Positions 9,785-18,804 are shown, counted from the stretch's first letter. The stretch: DNA of 32,074 bases from Candidatus Limnocylindrales bacterium (GCA_036506235.1 DASXSA010000073.1:1-32074); one strand, 5' to 3'. Numbers and translations: made by a program. The notes: generated by a model not told the origin, from the letters alone.

Positions 9785-10813
9785 ATGAGGAACCCGTTCC
9801 GCCGCCGGTCGGCGCTCGATTTGTCGCCCGGTGCAAAGGTCCTGTCCTATGTGCTGCTACTGGGCTGGACCTTCGTCGTGCTGTTCCCGATCTACTGGCT
9901 TGCGGTCACCTCGCTGAAGCTGCCCATCCAGGTCAACTCCGGGCCGGTCTTCGTCCCGTTCATCGACTTCCAGCCGACCCTCGAGAACTGGCGCTACATC
10001 TTCGTCGACCTTCGCAACGACACCGTCCGCCCGTACATCAACACGGTCGTGGTCGGCCTGTCGAGTGCCGTCATCGCGCTGGCGCTCGGCTCGTCCGCGG
10101 CGTATGCGCTGGTGCGCTTTCATTACCGGCCGCGGATCGGGTTGATCGGCCTCTTCGCGGGCTGCGTGCTCCTCGCCGCGGTCGCGATCGGCCTTGGCGC
10201 GCCCTGGCAGATCGTGGTTGTATCCGCCCTCGGCGTATTCCTGATCCTCGCTCAGACGATCGGCCGCCGGTTCCACAGGCGGGCTCTCGGCAACAGCGAC
10301 ATCGCGTTCTGGCTCATCTCGCAGCGCATGCTGCCGCCTGTCGCGGTGGTCATCCCGTTGTACGTGCTGTTCCAGCGTGTGGGTCTGCTCGACACGTGGT
10401 GGGCACTGATCATCACGTACGTGGCCACGAACCTGCCGATCGTCGTCTGGCTGATGCGCGACTACTTCTCGACGGTGCCCGTCGAGCTCGAGGAGTCTGC
10501 GGCCGTCGACGGCGCATCGCCTTACCGGATCTTCCGCTCGATCGTCATCCCGGTCGCGGTGCCCGGCCTCGTCGCGACGTTCCTGTTCGTGCTGGTCTTT
10601 GCCTGGAACGAGTACCTGCTGGCGCTCTTCCTGTCGTCAGCGAACGCCCAGACCCTGCCGATCACCGTCGCGGCGCAGAACGCCACGCGCGGCCCGCAGT
10701 GGTGGTACATGTCGGTGCTGATCATGATCATGATCGTGCCGGTCATCCTGATGGCCATCGCGCTGGAGCGGTACATCTCGCGCGGCATCCTGGTTGGCGC
10801 CGTGAAAGGTTGA
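9785..10813 (+). CDS. Carbohydrate ABC transporter permease (MalG/UgpE-like) with an internal two-helix insertion
   Basis: EAA loop EESAAVDGASPYRIFRSIVIPVAVPG. ATG start 10 nt after the previous stop. About 59 extra hydrophobic residues (aa 116-174) relative to the usual roughly 280-aa MalG architecture. Confidence 0.85.
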   Translation: MRNPFRRRSALDLSPGAKVLSYVLLLGWTFVVLFPIYWLAVTSLKLPIQVNSGPVFVPFIDFQPTLENWRYIFVDLRNDTVRPYINTVVVGLSSAVIALALGSSAAYALVRFHYRPRIGLIGLFAGCVLLAAVAIGLGAPWQIVVVSALGVFLILAQTIGRRFHRRALGNSDIAFWLISQRMLPPVAVVIPLYVLFQRVGLLDTWWALIITYVATNLPIVVWLMRDYFSTVPVELEESAAVDGASPYRIFRSIVIPVAVPGLVATFLFVLVFAWNEYLLALFLSSANAQTLPITVAAQNATRGPQWWYMSVLIMIMIVPVILMAIALERYISRGILVGAVKG

Positions 10814-10869
10814 CCCCACCGATCGCGCCCGCCTCCGGCCCGTCCTCGGGCGGCCCTATCATCGAAGCC

Positions 10870-11529
10870 GTGGCCCACTCTCGACCGCCGATCCCGGAAG
10901 CCATCGCACGAACCGGTGTCATCGCGATCGGGCGGCGTCTCGCGCCAGGCGACGTATTGCCGGTCGCCGCAGCGCTCATTCGAGGCGGCGTCGAGGCGTT
11001 CGAGATCACGATGGGCAGCGAGGGCGACGCCGCACTGGACGCGATCGAGTCGCTTTCACGCGACCTCGGCCGGGACGGTCGCCTGCTGGTCGGGGCCGGC
11101 ACCGTCCTGGAGCCCCGGTCGGCCGAGCGAGCCGTCGCCGCCGGTGCCCGGTTCGTCGTGATGCCCCACCTCGACGAGTCCCTGGTGCGATGGGCCACGG
11201 AGCATGAGGTCCCGGTGTTCCCCGGCGCCTTCACCCCGACCGAGATCCTCGCGGCGTGGCGGGCAGGGGCAAGCGCCGTCAAGCTCTTCCCGGCCTCGGT
11301 CGCGGGGCCGGCGTTCGTTCGGGAGCTTCGCGGCCCCTTCCCGGAGATCCCGCTGATCCCGACCGGCGGCGTTTCGGTCGAGTCTGCGGAGGAGTTCGTG
11401 GCTTCCGGCGCCGTGGCGATTGGACTCGGAAGCTGGCTCATGGCCGGCCGGGACGTCACGCTGGTCGAGAGCCGGGCGCGCAGCGCCGTCGAAGCGGTCG
11501 CGCGCGGCCGGTCCGGCGTTCGCCTGTGA
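10870..11529 (+). CDS. eda: 2-dehydro-3-deoxy-phosphogluconate / 4-hydroxy-2-oxoglutarate aldolase (KDPG-aldolase family)
   Basis: Motifs FEITMGS (Glu), GAGTVLE, Schiff-base Lys in AVKLFPAS, PTGGV. The upstream part of track ORF 10396..11529 overlaps the permease and is not coding. Start is GTG 10870 or, alternatively, TTG 10810 (TTGA overlap with the permease stop). Confidence 0.8.
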   Translation: MAHSRPPIPEAIARTGVIAIGRRLAPGDVLPVAAALIRGGVEAFEITMGSEGDAALDAIESLSRDLGRDGRLLVGAGTVLEPRSAERAVAAGARFVVMPHLDESLVRWATEHEVPVFPGAFTPTEILAAWRAGASAVKLFPASVAGPAFVRELRGPFPEIPLIPTGGVSVESAEEFVASGAVAIGLGSWLMAGRDVTLVESRARSAVEAVARGRSGVRL

Positions 11530-12692
11530 AGATCACCGGGGTCACCACCTACCTCGTCGGGAACCCGTGGAAGAACTGGCTGTTCGTCCGCGTCGACACT
11601 GACGAAGGAATCCATGGCGTGGGTGAAGGAACCGTCAACGGCTTCTCGGCGACGGTCGAGACCGCCATCCGCGAGCTGGCCGACGCCTACCTCGGCCTCG
11701 AGCCGAGCCAGGTCGAGCTCCTCTACCAGCGCATGGTGCGCGACGTCTACACGGACGGCGGGCAGATCCACATGGCCGCCGTCGCGGCGATCGAGGTCGC
11801 CTGCTGGGACATCGTCGGCAAGGCCGCCGGGAAGCCCGTCTACGACCTCCTCGGCGGGCGGGTTCGCAGCGAGATTCCCGTGTACGCCAATGGCTGGTAT
11901 CGGACGGACCGCAGCCCCGAATCCTTCGCGGACCGCGCGCGGGACGTGGTCGCGCGTGGGTATCGGGCACTCAAGTTCGATCCGTTCGGGGCCGCATGGC
12001 GGGTCATGGACCGGCGCGAAGAGGATCTTTCGGTGGCGATCGTCGCGGCCGTCCGCGAGGCGGTTGGACCGGACATCGACCTGATGATCGAGGCCCACAA
12101 TCGGTTCAGCGTGTCGACCGCGCTCCGCGTCGCGGACCGGCTCGTCGAGCACCGACCGGCGTGGCTCGAGGAGCCCGTCCACCACCAGCACCTCGGCGCC
12201 ATGGTCGAGGTGGCCCGCCGCTCGCCGATCCCCGTGGCGACGGGCGAGAGCCTGACGTCGCTCGGGCAGTTCGCCGACCTGCTCGCGCACGACGCGGTGC
12301 ACATCCTGCAGCCCGAGCCACTCAACCTCGGCGGCCTGTGGCGGACGCGACAGGTTGCGGCCATGGCCGACGCCCACTACGCCGTGGTCGCGCCGCACAA
12401 CGCGCAGGGCCCGGTGTGCGGCGCGATGTCGCGCCAGCTCGGGGCGTGCATCCCCAACTTCTACGTCCAGGAGTCATTCGACGAGTTCAACGAGGATTGG
12501 ACCCGCGAGATCGCGGATCGGCCAGCCATTCCCGTCGACGGCCTCGTCCAGGTTTCCGACGACCCCGGGCTCGGGATCGACCTCGACTGGGAGCGGCTCG
12601 CCGCGCACCCCTACGAACGCGAGCACGTCCTTCACCTGTTCAGCCCGGGCTGGGAGCGCCGGCACGAGCCCGCCCGCGTCTCCGATGGCTGA
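11526..12692 (+). CDS. Enolase-superfamily acid-sugar dehydratase (D-galactonate dehydratase family)
   Basis: GTG start overlaps the eda stop (GTGA). N-terminus KITGVTTYLVGNPWKNWLFVRVDTDEGIHGVGEG. Metal ligands MIEAHNRF / WLEEP / ATGES. His in VAPHN. Confidence 0.85.
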   Translation: MKITGVTTYLVGNPWKNWLFVRVDTDEGIHGVGEGTVNGFSATVETAIRELADAYLGLEPSQVELLYQRMVRDVYTDGGQIHMAAVAAIEVACWDIVGKAAGKPVYDLLGGRVRSEIPVYANGWYRTDRSPESFADRARDVVARGYRALKFDPFGAAWRVMDRREEDLSVAIVAAVREAVGPDIDLMIEAHNRFSVSTALRVADRLVEHRPAWLEEPVHHQHLGAMVEVARRSPIPVATGESLTSLGQFADLLAHDAVHILQPEPLNLGGLWRTRQVAAMADAHYAVVAPHNAQGPVCGAMSRQLGACIPNFYVQESFDEFNEDWTREIADRPAIPVDGLVQVSDDPGLGIDLDWERLAAHPYEREHVLHLFSPGWERRHEPARVSDG

Positions 12693-13689
12693 CTCGCATT
12701 GGGCGCGCGGCCGGCCACCCGAGATCGTCACCCTCGGGGAGTGCCTGATGGCCCTTGTCGCTTCGGAATACGGGCCCCTTGCGGAGGCGCGTTCGTTTGG
12801 CGCCCACGTCGCGGGCGCCGAGGCGAATCTGGCGGTCGGGCTCAGCCGGCTCGGCCATCCGACCGCATTCATCGGTCGCGTCGGAGCGGACGGCTTCGGG
12901 ACAGCGATTTGCCGCGCCCTGCGAGGGGCGGGCGTGAACGTTGATTGGCTCGCGGTCGACGGGGCGGCCCCGACGGGCATCCTCGTGCGCGAGCGGCGCG
13001 CGCTGGGGGCGGCCGAGGTCCTGTACTACCGCTCCGGTTCTGCGGGCTCGCGACTCGAGTCCGCTGATGTCGACGCGGCCGCTGCGGAGGGAGCCTTCTC
13101 CGGCGCACGCTGGCTGCACGTGACGGGCATCACACCCGCGCTTTCCCGGTCGGCGCGCGACGCCGTTGAACGGGCGCTCGAGCTGGCCCGCGTGGCGGGA
13201 TCGACCGTGAGCCTCGACCTCAACCTGCGCCGCAAGCTGTGGACCGACGGCGACGCGCGGCCCGTGCTGGCCGCTTTGGCTGCCCGCTCGGACGTGGTCC
13301 TCGCGAGCGAAGACGAGGCCGCCGTCGTCACCGGGAGCGCCGTGAACTCGAAGCCGGATGACCTGCTCGACGCGATCCTGGCCCTCGGACCGTCGACCGC
13401 CATCCTGAAGCTCGGCGCCAACGGAGCGATCGCCCGCGAGAAGGCGGGCGACGTCGTGCGGGCGGCTGCGGTCCGCGTCACGGCCATCGATCCCATCGGG
13501 GCCGGTGACGCCTTCTGCGCCGGGTACATCGCCGCCCGCCTCGAGGGCAAGGACCTGCCCGCGGCCGTGAACGTCGCGAACGTGTCAGGCGCGGCCGCCG
13601 TCGCGGCGATCGGTGACCAGGCTGGACTGCTGGATCGCGCCGAGCTCGATCGGCTCATGGGTTCGTCAACCGTCGACGCGATCCGCTAG
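12685..13689 (+). CDS. kdgK: 2-dehydro-3-deoxygluconokinase (PfkB family)
   Basis: ATG overlaps the upstream stop (ATGGCTGA). Strings EIVTLGECLMAL, GAEANLAVGLSRLG, and the anion-hole motif PIGAGDAFCAGY. Confidence 0.8.
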   Translation: MADSHWARGRPPEIVTLGECLMALVASEYGPLAEARSFGAHVAGAEANLAVGLSRLGHPTAFIGRVGADGFGTAICRALRGAGVNVDWLAVDGAAPTGILVRERRALGAAEVLYYRSGSAGSRLESADVDAAAAEGAFSGARWLHVTGITPALSRSARDAVERALELARVAGSTVSLDLNLRRKLWTDGDARPVLAALAARSDVVLASEDEAAVVTGSAVNSKPDDLLDAILALGPSTAILKLGANGAIAREKAGDVVRAAAVRVTAIDPIGAGDAFCAGYIAARLEGKDLPAAVNVANVSGAAAVAAIGDQAGLLDRAELDRLMGSSTVDAIR

Positions 13690-13720
13690 GACCGGCCGAG
13701 AGCCTGCCCGCAACGTTCGC

Positions 13721-14926
13721 CTATGCCCGTTCGTGCACCAGGCGCGCGGTCCTCTGCAACCAGGTCACTGGGTCGGCCTGGTGGTAGGGCCGCTCTGACG
13801 ACTCGATGTTGTCGAGGAAGCGCTGGTAGATCACCGCCTGCCGGGCGGCGCCGATCGGTGCCAGGAGCCGCGCAGCCCGATCCGGATCGGAGCCCGGGCA
13901 GGCTTCGCGCCAGAGCGGGTGCCAGCGCTGCCTGACCGGCTCGATCGAGGCAGGCGCAATCGAGTCGAGAAAGGCGGTCTGATCCAGCAAGGGATGGCCG
14001 ACCCCGCAGTCCCCCCAGTCCAGCAGCACGAGATTGCTGGCGTCGCCGCGGACGTTCCCGGGATGGAAGTCCCCGTGGACCAGCGTGTCGGGCAGGCCGC
14101 AGTCGCCAATTTCGGCGAATCGCGCCGGCAAGCCGTCAACGAAGGCCGTCAGCAGGGTGCGATCGTGAGTGGCGATGTCGGTGGCGTTTCGATCCATGAC
14201 CGATCGAATCGCCTCCGTCAGGGCAGGCGCCCGCCAGTCGGGCGCGCCAATTTCCAGCAGCTCATCGACGCGGGTCGCCCACTCGCGCTGCAGGCCGACC
14301 AGGATCGCGATCATCTCGAGGAGCTGCGGGAGCGTGGCGTCGTAGAGGTCCTCGCCGGGTATCTCGGCCAGCAGCATGCGCGGACCGTCGTGGGCGAGCG
14401 GGACCGGGAAGTGGCCGCCGCCGAGCCGATCGAGAACGCGCCCCTCGTGGGCGAAAAACGGGGGCACGACCTTGAGCCAGGCGGTCTTTCCATCCAGCGG
14501 CAGCCGCCAGAGACTTGACAGGTTCCATGTTCGGACCTGAATCGGAGCACCCACCCGTGCCAGATCGACGCGAGCGAGAGCCTCTTCGACCCACACGAGA
14601 TCGGCAGCGGGTCCGCCCGGCCGAGCCCAGGTCGCCCTGAGCGGGTCATCATCCACGGGTCCTGACCAGGGCTCGAGCGTCCTCGGCCGGCTTTCTCCCA
14701 CCTCCGCCAGATACGTGATGGCGCCTCCCTGCGGCGAAGGAAGCTCGGTTTCGAGGAGACGGAGGATCGTCACCTCGAGCCCATGGAGCCCGCGGACGGC
14801 CTCGACGACGGGCTCGACGTCCTGCCACCACGGCGTGGCGACCCGAAACGGCGGCAGCGCGCCGAGCAGGCCTCCGTCGCCATCGACGAGTACGAGCGTC
14901 GCGACCCGAGGCGGCGGATCAGTCAT
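13721..14926 (-). CDS. Phosphotransferase-enzyme-family protein (APH / choline-kinase-like fold)
   Basis: Brenner/catalytic loop LVHGDFHPGNVRGD and metal-binding LLDWGDCGVGHPLLD. About 90-aa N-terminal extension of unknown function. Confidence 0.8.
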   Translation of the reverse strand: MTDPPPRVATLVLVDGDGGLLGALPPFRVATPWWQDVEPVVEAVRGLHGLEVTILRLLETELPSPQGGAITYLAEVGESRPRTLEPWSGPVDDDPLRATWARPGGPAADLVWVEEALARVDLARVGAPIQVRTWNLSSLWRLPLDGKTAWLKVVPPFFAHEGRVLDRLGGGHFPVPLAHDGPRMLLAEIPGEDLYDATLPQLLEMIAILVGLQREWATRVDELLEIGAPDWRAPALTEAIRSVMDRNATDIATHDRTLLTAFVDGLPARFAEIGDCGLPDTLVHGDFHPGNVRGDASNLVLLDWGDCGVGHPLLDQTAFLDSIAPASIEPVRQRWHPLWREACPGSDPDRAARLLAPIGAARQAVIYQRFLDNIESSERPYHQADPVTWLQRTARLVHERA

Positions 14927-15003
14927 CGGGCATCACCGTCTGAGCGTAGTGCCAACCCACCTCCCGCAACGCGCCTGAAGGCGGGGACGCGTAGGGTTGG
15001 CGT

Positions 15004-15240
15004 ATGACACACGAGCGCGCGCCCGAATCGGCATTCCCCGGAACACTCGAGCACAAGCACGGCCTCAACGAATGGTCGCCGATGCTCCCGGAGCGGACCG
15101 CACAGACCATCGAACCCGGCAAGGAGCCAACGGAACAGTTCTATCGCTGCCAGAAGGTCGGCTGCACGGAGGTTGTTCGAATCGGCGCATCCGAAGTCCT
15201 GCCCTCCGGCGAGCGGGAGGGCATCGGCGCACGTCGCTAG
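15004..15240 (+). CDS. Small hypothetical protein (78 aa)
   Basis: ORF with protein-like (not Arg/Pro/Ala-skewed) composition in an otherwise empty 372-nt gap. Weak RBS. No family recognised. Confidence 0.3.
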   Translation: MTHERAPESAFPGTLEHKHGLNEWSPMLPERTAQTIEPGKEPTEQFYRCQKVGCTEVVRIGASEVLPSGEREGIGARR

Positions 15241-15298
15241 CCTCCCCGCGTCTCGGCGGGCTGAAGGACACACCTGACCGTACCGACGGGAGCTCGCG

Positions 15299-16204
15299 AT
15301 GAGACGCAGCTCACCGCATCCAGCGCCCGATGGTAGCCTCCGCCCGGGACCCGGCTTGGAGAGACTTCCGTTGACGACCGATCTCGAGGGGCCTTCGACT
15401 CCGGGACCGAGCGATGAGATGTGGCGGGGGATCCTGCTCGGGACCGACCCGCGTTTGTCGCGCATGCGCGCGTGGCTCAAGCACGTCCCCAGCGAGCCGC
15501 GCTGCAAGATGTGCGCGGCACCATTTGGCGGTCTGGGCAGCCCGCTGATGCACCTCCTGGGCCGGCAGCGCTGGAAGAAGAACCCGACCTACTGCACGTT
15601 CTGCTTCAGCGTCCTGGAGTCGAGCAAGGGCGGAGCCGAGATCGAGGCCAGCTTCCTGTTCGCCGACGTCCGCGGCTCGACCTCCATGGCGGAGGGGATC
15701 AGCGCTGGCGCGTTTCGGGGCCTGCTGAACCGCTTCTATGACGTCGCGGCGCGGGTGCTCGTCGAGCACGACGCAATCGTCGACAAGTTCGTCGGCGACG
15801 AGGTCGTCGCATTGTTCGTGCCCGCGCTCACGGCAGAGGCCCACGCCAGACGAGCGGTCGATGCTGCGCTGGCATTGCTGCGCGCGACGGGCCACGCCGA
15901 CGAGGGCGGCCCGTGGATTCCCGTTGGCGCCGGCGTGCACACGGGCGTCGCGTTCATCGGTTCGGTTGGTGAGCCGCCGGTCAGCGACCTGACCGCGCTC
16001 GGCGACGTGGTGAACACGACCGCACGCCTCGCGTCAGCGGCCGCCGCGGGCGAGATCCTCGTTACCCATCCCGCCGCCTTGGCGAGCGGCCTCGATACGA
16101 GCGCCATGGAGCAGCGGGATCTGGCGCTCAAGGGCAAGAGCGAATCGACGGCCGTGTTCGTCGCAACGCTGACGACGCCGGCGACGGCCCAGCACGTCGC
16201 CTGA
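15299..16204 (+). CDS. Class III adenylate cyclase with N-terminal zinc-ribbon-like segment
   Basis: Cys pairs CKMC...CTFC. Cyclase core FLFADVRGST (metal Asp), DKFVGDE (substrate Lys + metal Asp), TALGDVVNTTARL (Thr/Asn/Arg). GGGAG RBS 6 nt before the ATG at 15299. Alternative ATG at 15419. Confidence 0.85.
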   Translation: MRRSSPHPAPDGSLRPGPGLERLPLTTDLEGPSTPGPSDEMWRGILLGTDPRLSRMRAWLKHVPSEPRCKMCAAPFGGLGSPLMHLLGRQRWKKNPTYCTFCFSVLESSKGGAEIEASFLFADVRGSTSMAEGISAGAFRGLLNRFYDVAARVLVEHDAIVDKFVGDEVVALFVPALTAEAHARRAVDAALALLRATGHADEGGPWIPVGAGVHTGVAFIGSVGEPPVSDLTALGDVVNTTARLASAAAAGEILVTHPAALASGLDTSAMEQRDLALKGKSESTAVFVATLTTPATAQHVA

Positions 16205-16205
16205 G

Positions 16206-16892
16206 GTGCCCGCGCCCGGTTCCGACGACCGCACGTTCCACCTGTACGTCGACAGCGCAGACCTCGACGAGCTGTCTGCGATCCTGCCACATCCGCTGGT
16301 CTACGGAGTGACCACGAACCCGACGCTCATGCGCCGAGCGCGACTGGGGCGAGACGGCCTGCCCGCATTTCTCGATCGCGTCCGCGCGCTTGGGGCACGG
16401 GCAGCCCATGTCCAGGTCAGTTCACCTGATGAAGAAGGCATGCTCCGGGATGCCAGGGCTTCGATGAAGCTTGCGCCAGAACGCTTTGTGATCCCGAAGA
16501 TCCCCGCGACCCGCGAGGGCTTCGCCGTCGGCTCCCGACTCACCGCCGACGGCATCGACATCACCTACACCGCCGTGTTCGAGCCCGAGCAGGCCCTCTT
16601 CGCGGCCACGAGCGGCGCGGCGTACGCGGCGCCATACCTTGGTCGTCTGGCCCGCGACGGCGTCGATCCTTTCGCGGTCATCGCGCGCATGCAGGCGATC
16701 CTGGATCGCTACGGACCGGTGACCCGGCTGCTTGTCGCGAGCGTTCGCTCGCGCGATGACTTCCTGCGCCTGCTGGACCTCGGAGTCGGCGCGGTCACCG
16801 TCCCTCCACGGCTGATCCCGCAGCTTCTCGACCATGCCGCAACGCTAGAGTCCGAACGCGCCTTCCTCGCCGATTCGGAGGCCGCGCGGTGA
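16206..16892 (+). CDS. Fructose-6-phosphate aldolase / transaldolase type 3B family
   Basis: LYVDSADLDEL, GVTTNPT, Schiff-base Lys in IPKIPATREG, YAAPYLGRL, LVASVR. All are colinear with E. coli FSA/TalC. GTG start 1 nt after the cyclase stop. Confidence 0.85.
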   Translation: MPAPGSDDRTFHLYVDSADLDELSAILPHPLVYGVTTNPTLMRRARLGRDGLPAFLDRVRALGARAAHVQVSSPDEEGMLRDARASMKLAPERFVIPKIPATREGFAVGSRLTADGIDITYTAVFEPEQALFAATSGAAYAAPYLGRLARDGVDPFAVIARMQAILDRYGPVTRLLVASVRSRDDFLRLLDLGVGAVTVPPRLIPQLLDHAATLESERAFLADSEAAR

Positions 16893-17851
16893 GGGTCGCA
16901 CTTGCCGGCGAGGCGCTCATCGACTTCACGAGCATCGGCGACCTCCGCTTTCAGGGCTACTGCGGCGGCTCTCCGCTGAATGCCGCGATCGCGGTGGCTC
17001 GCCTGGGAGTGCCGGTCGGCTACGTCACCCAGCTGTCGACCGACCTGTTCGGCGTGCGCCTTCGCCGCCACCTCGAGGCGAACGGGGTCGATACGCGGTT
17101 TGTGCTCTCGGCGGACGCCCCCTCCACGCTGGCCTTCGTCGAGCGCGACGGGGAGAACAATCGCTACGTCTTTCTCGCCAACGGGAGTGCCGATTCCCGC
17201 TACGCGCCGGATCCGCTCCCGAGCCTCCCCGACGAGACGGCCTTCTTGCACTTCGGGTCGGTCAGCCTGCTGGTCGAACCCGCGGCGACGACGTTCACGC
17301 GCCTGGTCGACGCGCAGCGCGACCGGAAGATCATCGTGTTCGACCCGAACGTCCGGCCGACACTCATCCCGGACGCGGACTCCTATCGCCGCCGCTGCCA
17401 GGGATGGATCGCCGCGTCGCACGTCCTGCGTCTGAGCGACGAGGACGCCGCCTACATCGCCGCGGGTCGCGAATTGGACGATGCGGCCGCCGGATGGCTG
17501 GCCAGCGGTCCGCGCGTCGTGATCGTGACTTCCGGCCGGGACGGAGCTCGGCTGTTTCGCGCGGGTCGGCCGACCGTCGCCGTGGACGCCATCCCCGTCG
17601 AGATCGCCGACACGATTGGCGCCGGCGACACGTTAACCGCGGCCGTCACGGTGGCCCTCGTCGATCGCGGCATCACGACGCCGGACGGTCTCACCAACCT
17701 CCCCGACGACGAGTGGCGGGGCGTCCTTGGCTTCGCCGCGACGGCGGCCGCCATCAACTGCACCAGGCCCGGCGCCGACCCACCGTCGCGCGACGAAGTG
17801 ACCGCGTTTCTGTTGGAGACCGCGAGCCATCCGGCGAGCGATCCCGGGTGA
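16889..17851 (+). CDS. PfkB-family carbohydrate kinase (fructokinase-like)
   Basis: GTGA overlap with the upstream gene. ALIDF...GGSPLNAAIAVARLG and GAGDT motifs. Confidence 0.85.
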   Translation: MRVALAGEALIDFTSIGDLRFQGYCGGSPLNAAIAVARLGVPVGYVTQLSTDLFGVRLRRHLEANGVDTRFVLSADAPSTLAFVERDGENNRYVFLANGSADSRYAPDPLPSLPDETAFLHFGSVSLLVEPAATTFTRLVDAQRDRKIIVFDPNVRPTLIPDADSYRRRCQGWIAASHVLRLSDEDAAYIAAGRELDDAAAGWLASGPRVVIVTSGRDGARLFRAGRPTVAVDAIPVEIADTIGAGDTLTAAVTVALVDRGITTPDGLTNLPDDEWRGVLGFAATAAAINCTRPGADPPSRDEVTAFLLETASHPASDPG

Positions 17852-17937
17852 CCGACGACTCCCGCTCCAGGCGGCCCAATCGGCCCGCCTCCGTGCGCCA
17901 CAATGCGCCGGCACACCGTCGAACGGAGACGTCTGCC

Positions 17938-18768
17938 ATGGCCTCGCCCAACCAGCGCGCCGATGCGCTTCGTGGCCACCTCCTTGTCAAGCCCGGGTCC
18001 ACGGTTCATCTGGCGGACGTCGATCCCAACGCGACCTTCGGCTATCACAAGGCGAGCGCCGATCGGAAGGTCGCCCGTGACCTGCAGCGCCTGACCGAGC
18101 TCCAGGAGCGGATCTGGGCGGAGCGGCGGCACCGCGTGCTGATCGTCCTGCAGGGCATCGACGCGGCGGGCAAGGACGGCACGATCAAGCACGTGATGTC
18201 GGCCTTCAACCCGCTTGGCTGCCGGGTGGCCGGTTTCGGCGTCCCGACGCCCATCGAGTTGGCGCACGACTACCTCTGGCGGGTGCACCCCAACGTGCCG
18301 GGCAGCGGCGAGATCTCGATCTTCAACCGCTCGCACTACGAGGACGTGCTCGTCGTCCGGGTCCATGAGCTTGTCCCGCGCGAGACGTGGTCACGGCGTT
18401 ATGACCAGATCAATGCGTTCGAGAAGCTGCTGGTCGACGAAGGCACGACCATCCTCAAGTTCTTCCTGTACATCGACCGCGGCGAGCAGCTGGCACGCTT
18501 CCGCGCCCGCTACGAGGACCCAACCAAGCGCTGGAAGTTCAAGGTCGAAGACCTCGAGGAGCGCAAGCGCTGGGACGACTACATCGCGGCCTTCCAGGAC
18601 GCGCTCACCCGGTGCTCCACCGAGCGGGCGCCCTGGTACGTCATCCCGGCCAACCACAAGTGGTTCCGCAACCTGGCGGTCGGAGAGATCGTGGCCGACA
18701 CGCTCGATGCGCTGAAGCCGGCGTACCCACCGCGGGACGACCTGCCGAGGAACCTGACCTTCTCGTAG
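17938..18768 (+). CDS. ppk2: Polyphosphate kinase 2 family (polyP:nucleotide phosphotransferase), single-domain
   Basis: ATG at 17938 with a GGAGA RBS. The upstream part of the track ORF is out-of-context read-through. Walker-A-like LQGIDAAGKDGTIKHV, then YLWR...IFNRSHYEDVLVVRVH. Confidence 0.9.
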   Translation: MASPNQRADALRGHLLVKPGSTVHLADVDPNATFGYHKASADRKVARDLQRLTELQERIWAERRHRVLIVLQGIDAAGKDGTIKHVMSAFNPLGCRVAGFGVPTPIELAHDYLWRVHPNVPGSGEISIFNRSHYEDVLVVRVHELVPRETWSRRYDQINAFEKLLVDEGTTILKFFLYIDRGEQLARFRARYEDPTKRWKFKVEDLEERKRWDDYIAAFQDALTRCSTERAPWYVIPANHKWFRNLAVGEIVADTLDALKPAYPPRDDLPRNLTFS

Positions 18769-18804
18769 CCGCCACCGGCATCGGTCGGGCGCTGCGGTGG
18801 CGAC

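Noticed and set aside
10396-10869. Upstream extensions of track ORFs. Examples are 10396..11529, 11256..12692, 12355..13689, 17404..18768 and 25729..27423.
   Set aside because: The extensions overlap the preceding well-supported genes or have junk composition. Family-conserved sequence begins only near the internal start codons, which are often coupled to the upstream stop.
10743-12398. 551-aa minus-strand ORF spanning the eda and dehydratase genes.
   Set aside because: High-GC antisense artefact. The plus-strand genes show catalytic motifs and translational coupling.
18770-18802. 8-bp inverted repeat (CGCCACCG...CGGTGGCG) between the convergent ppk2 and MFS genes, a possible bidirectional terminator.
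   Set aside because: The stem is short, the loop is 17 nt and there is no U-tract. This is too weak to annotate as a feature.
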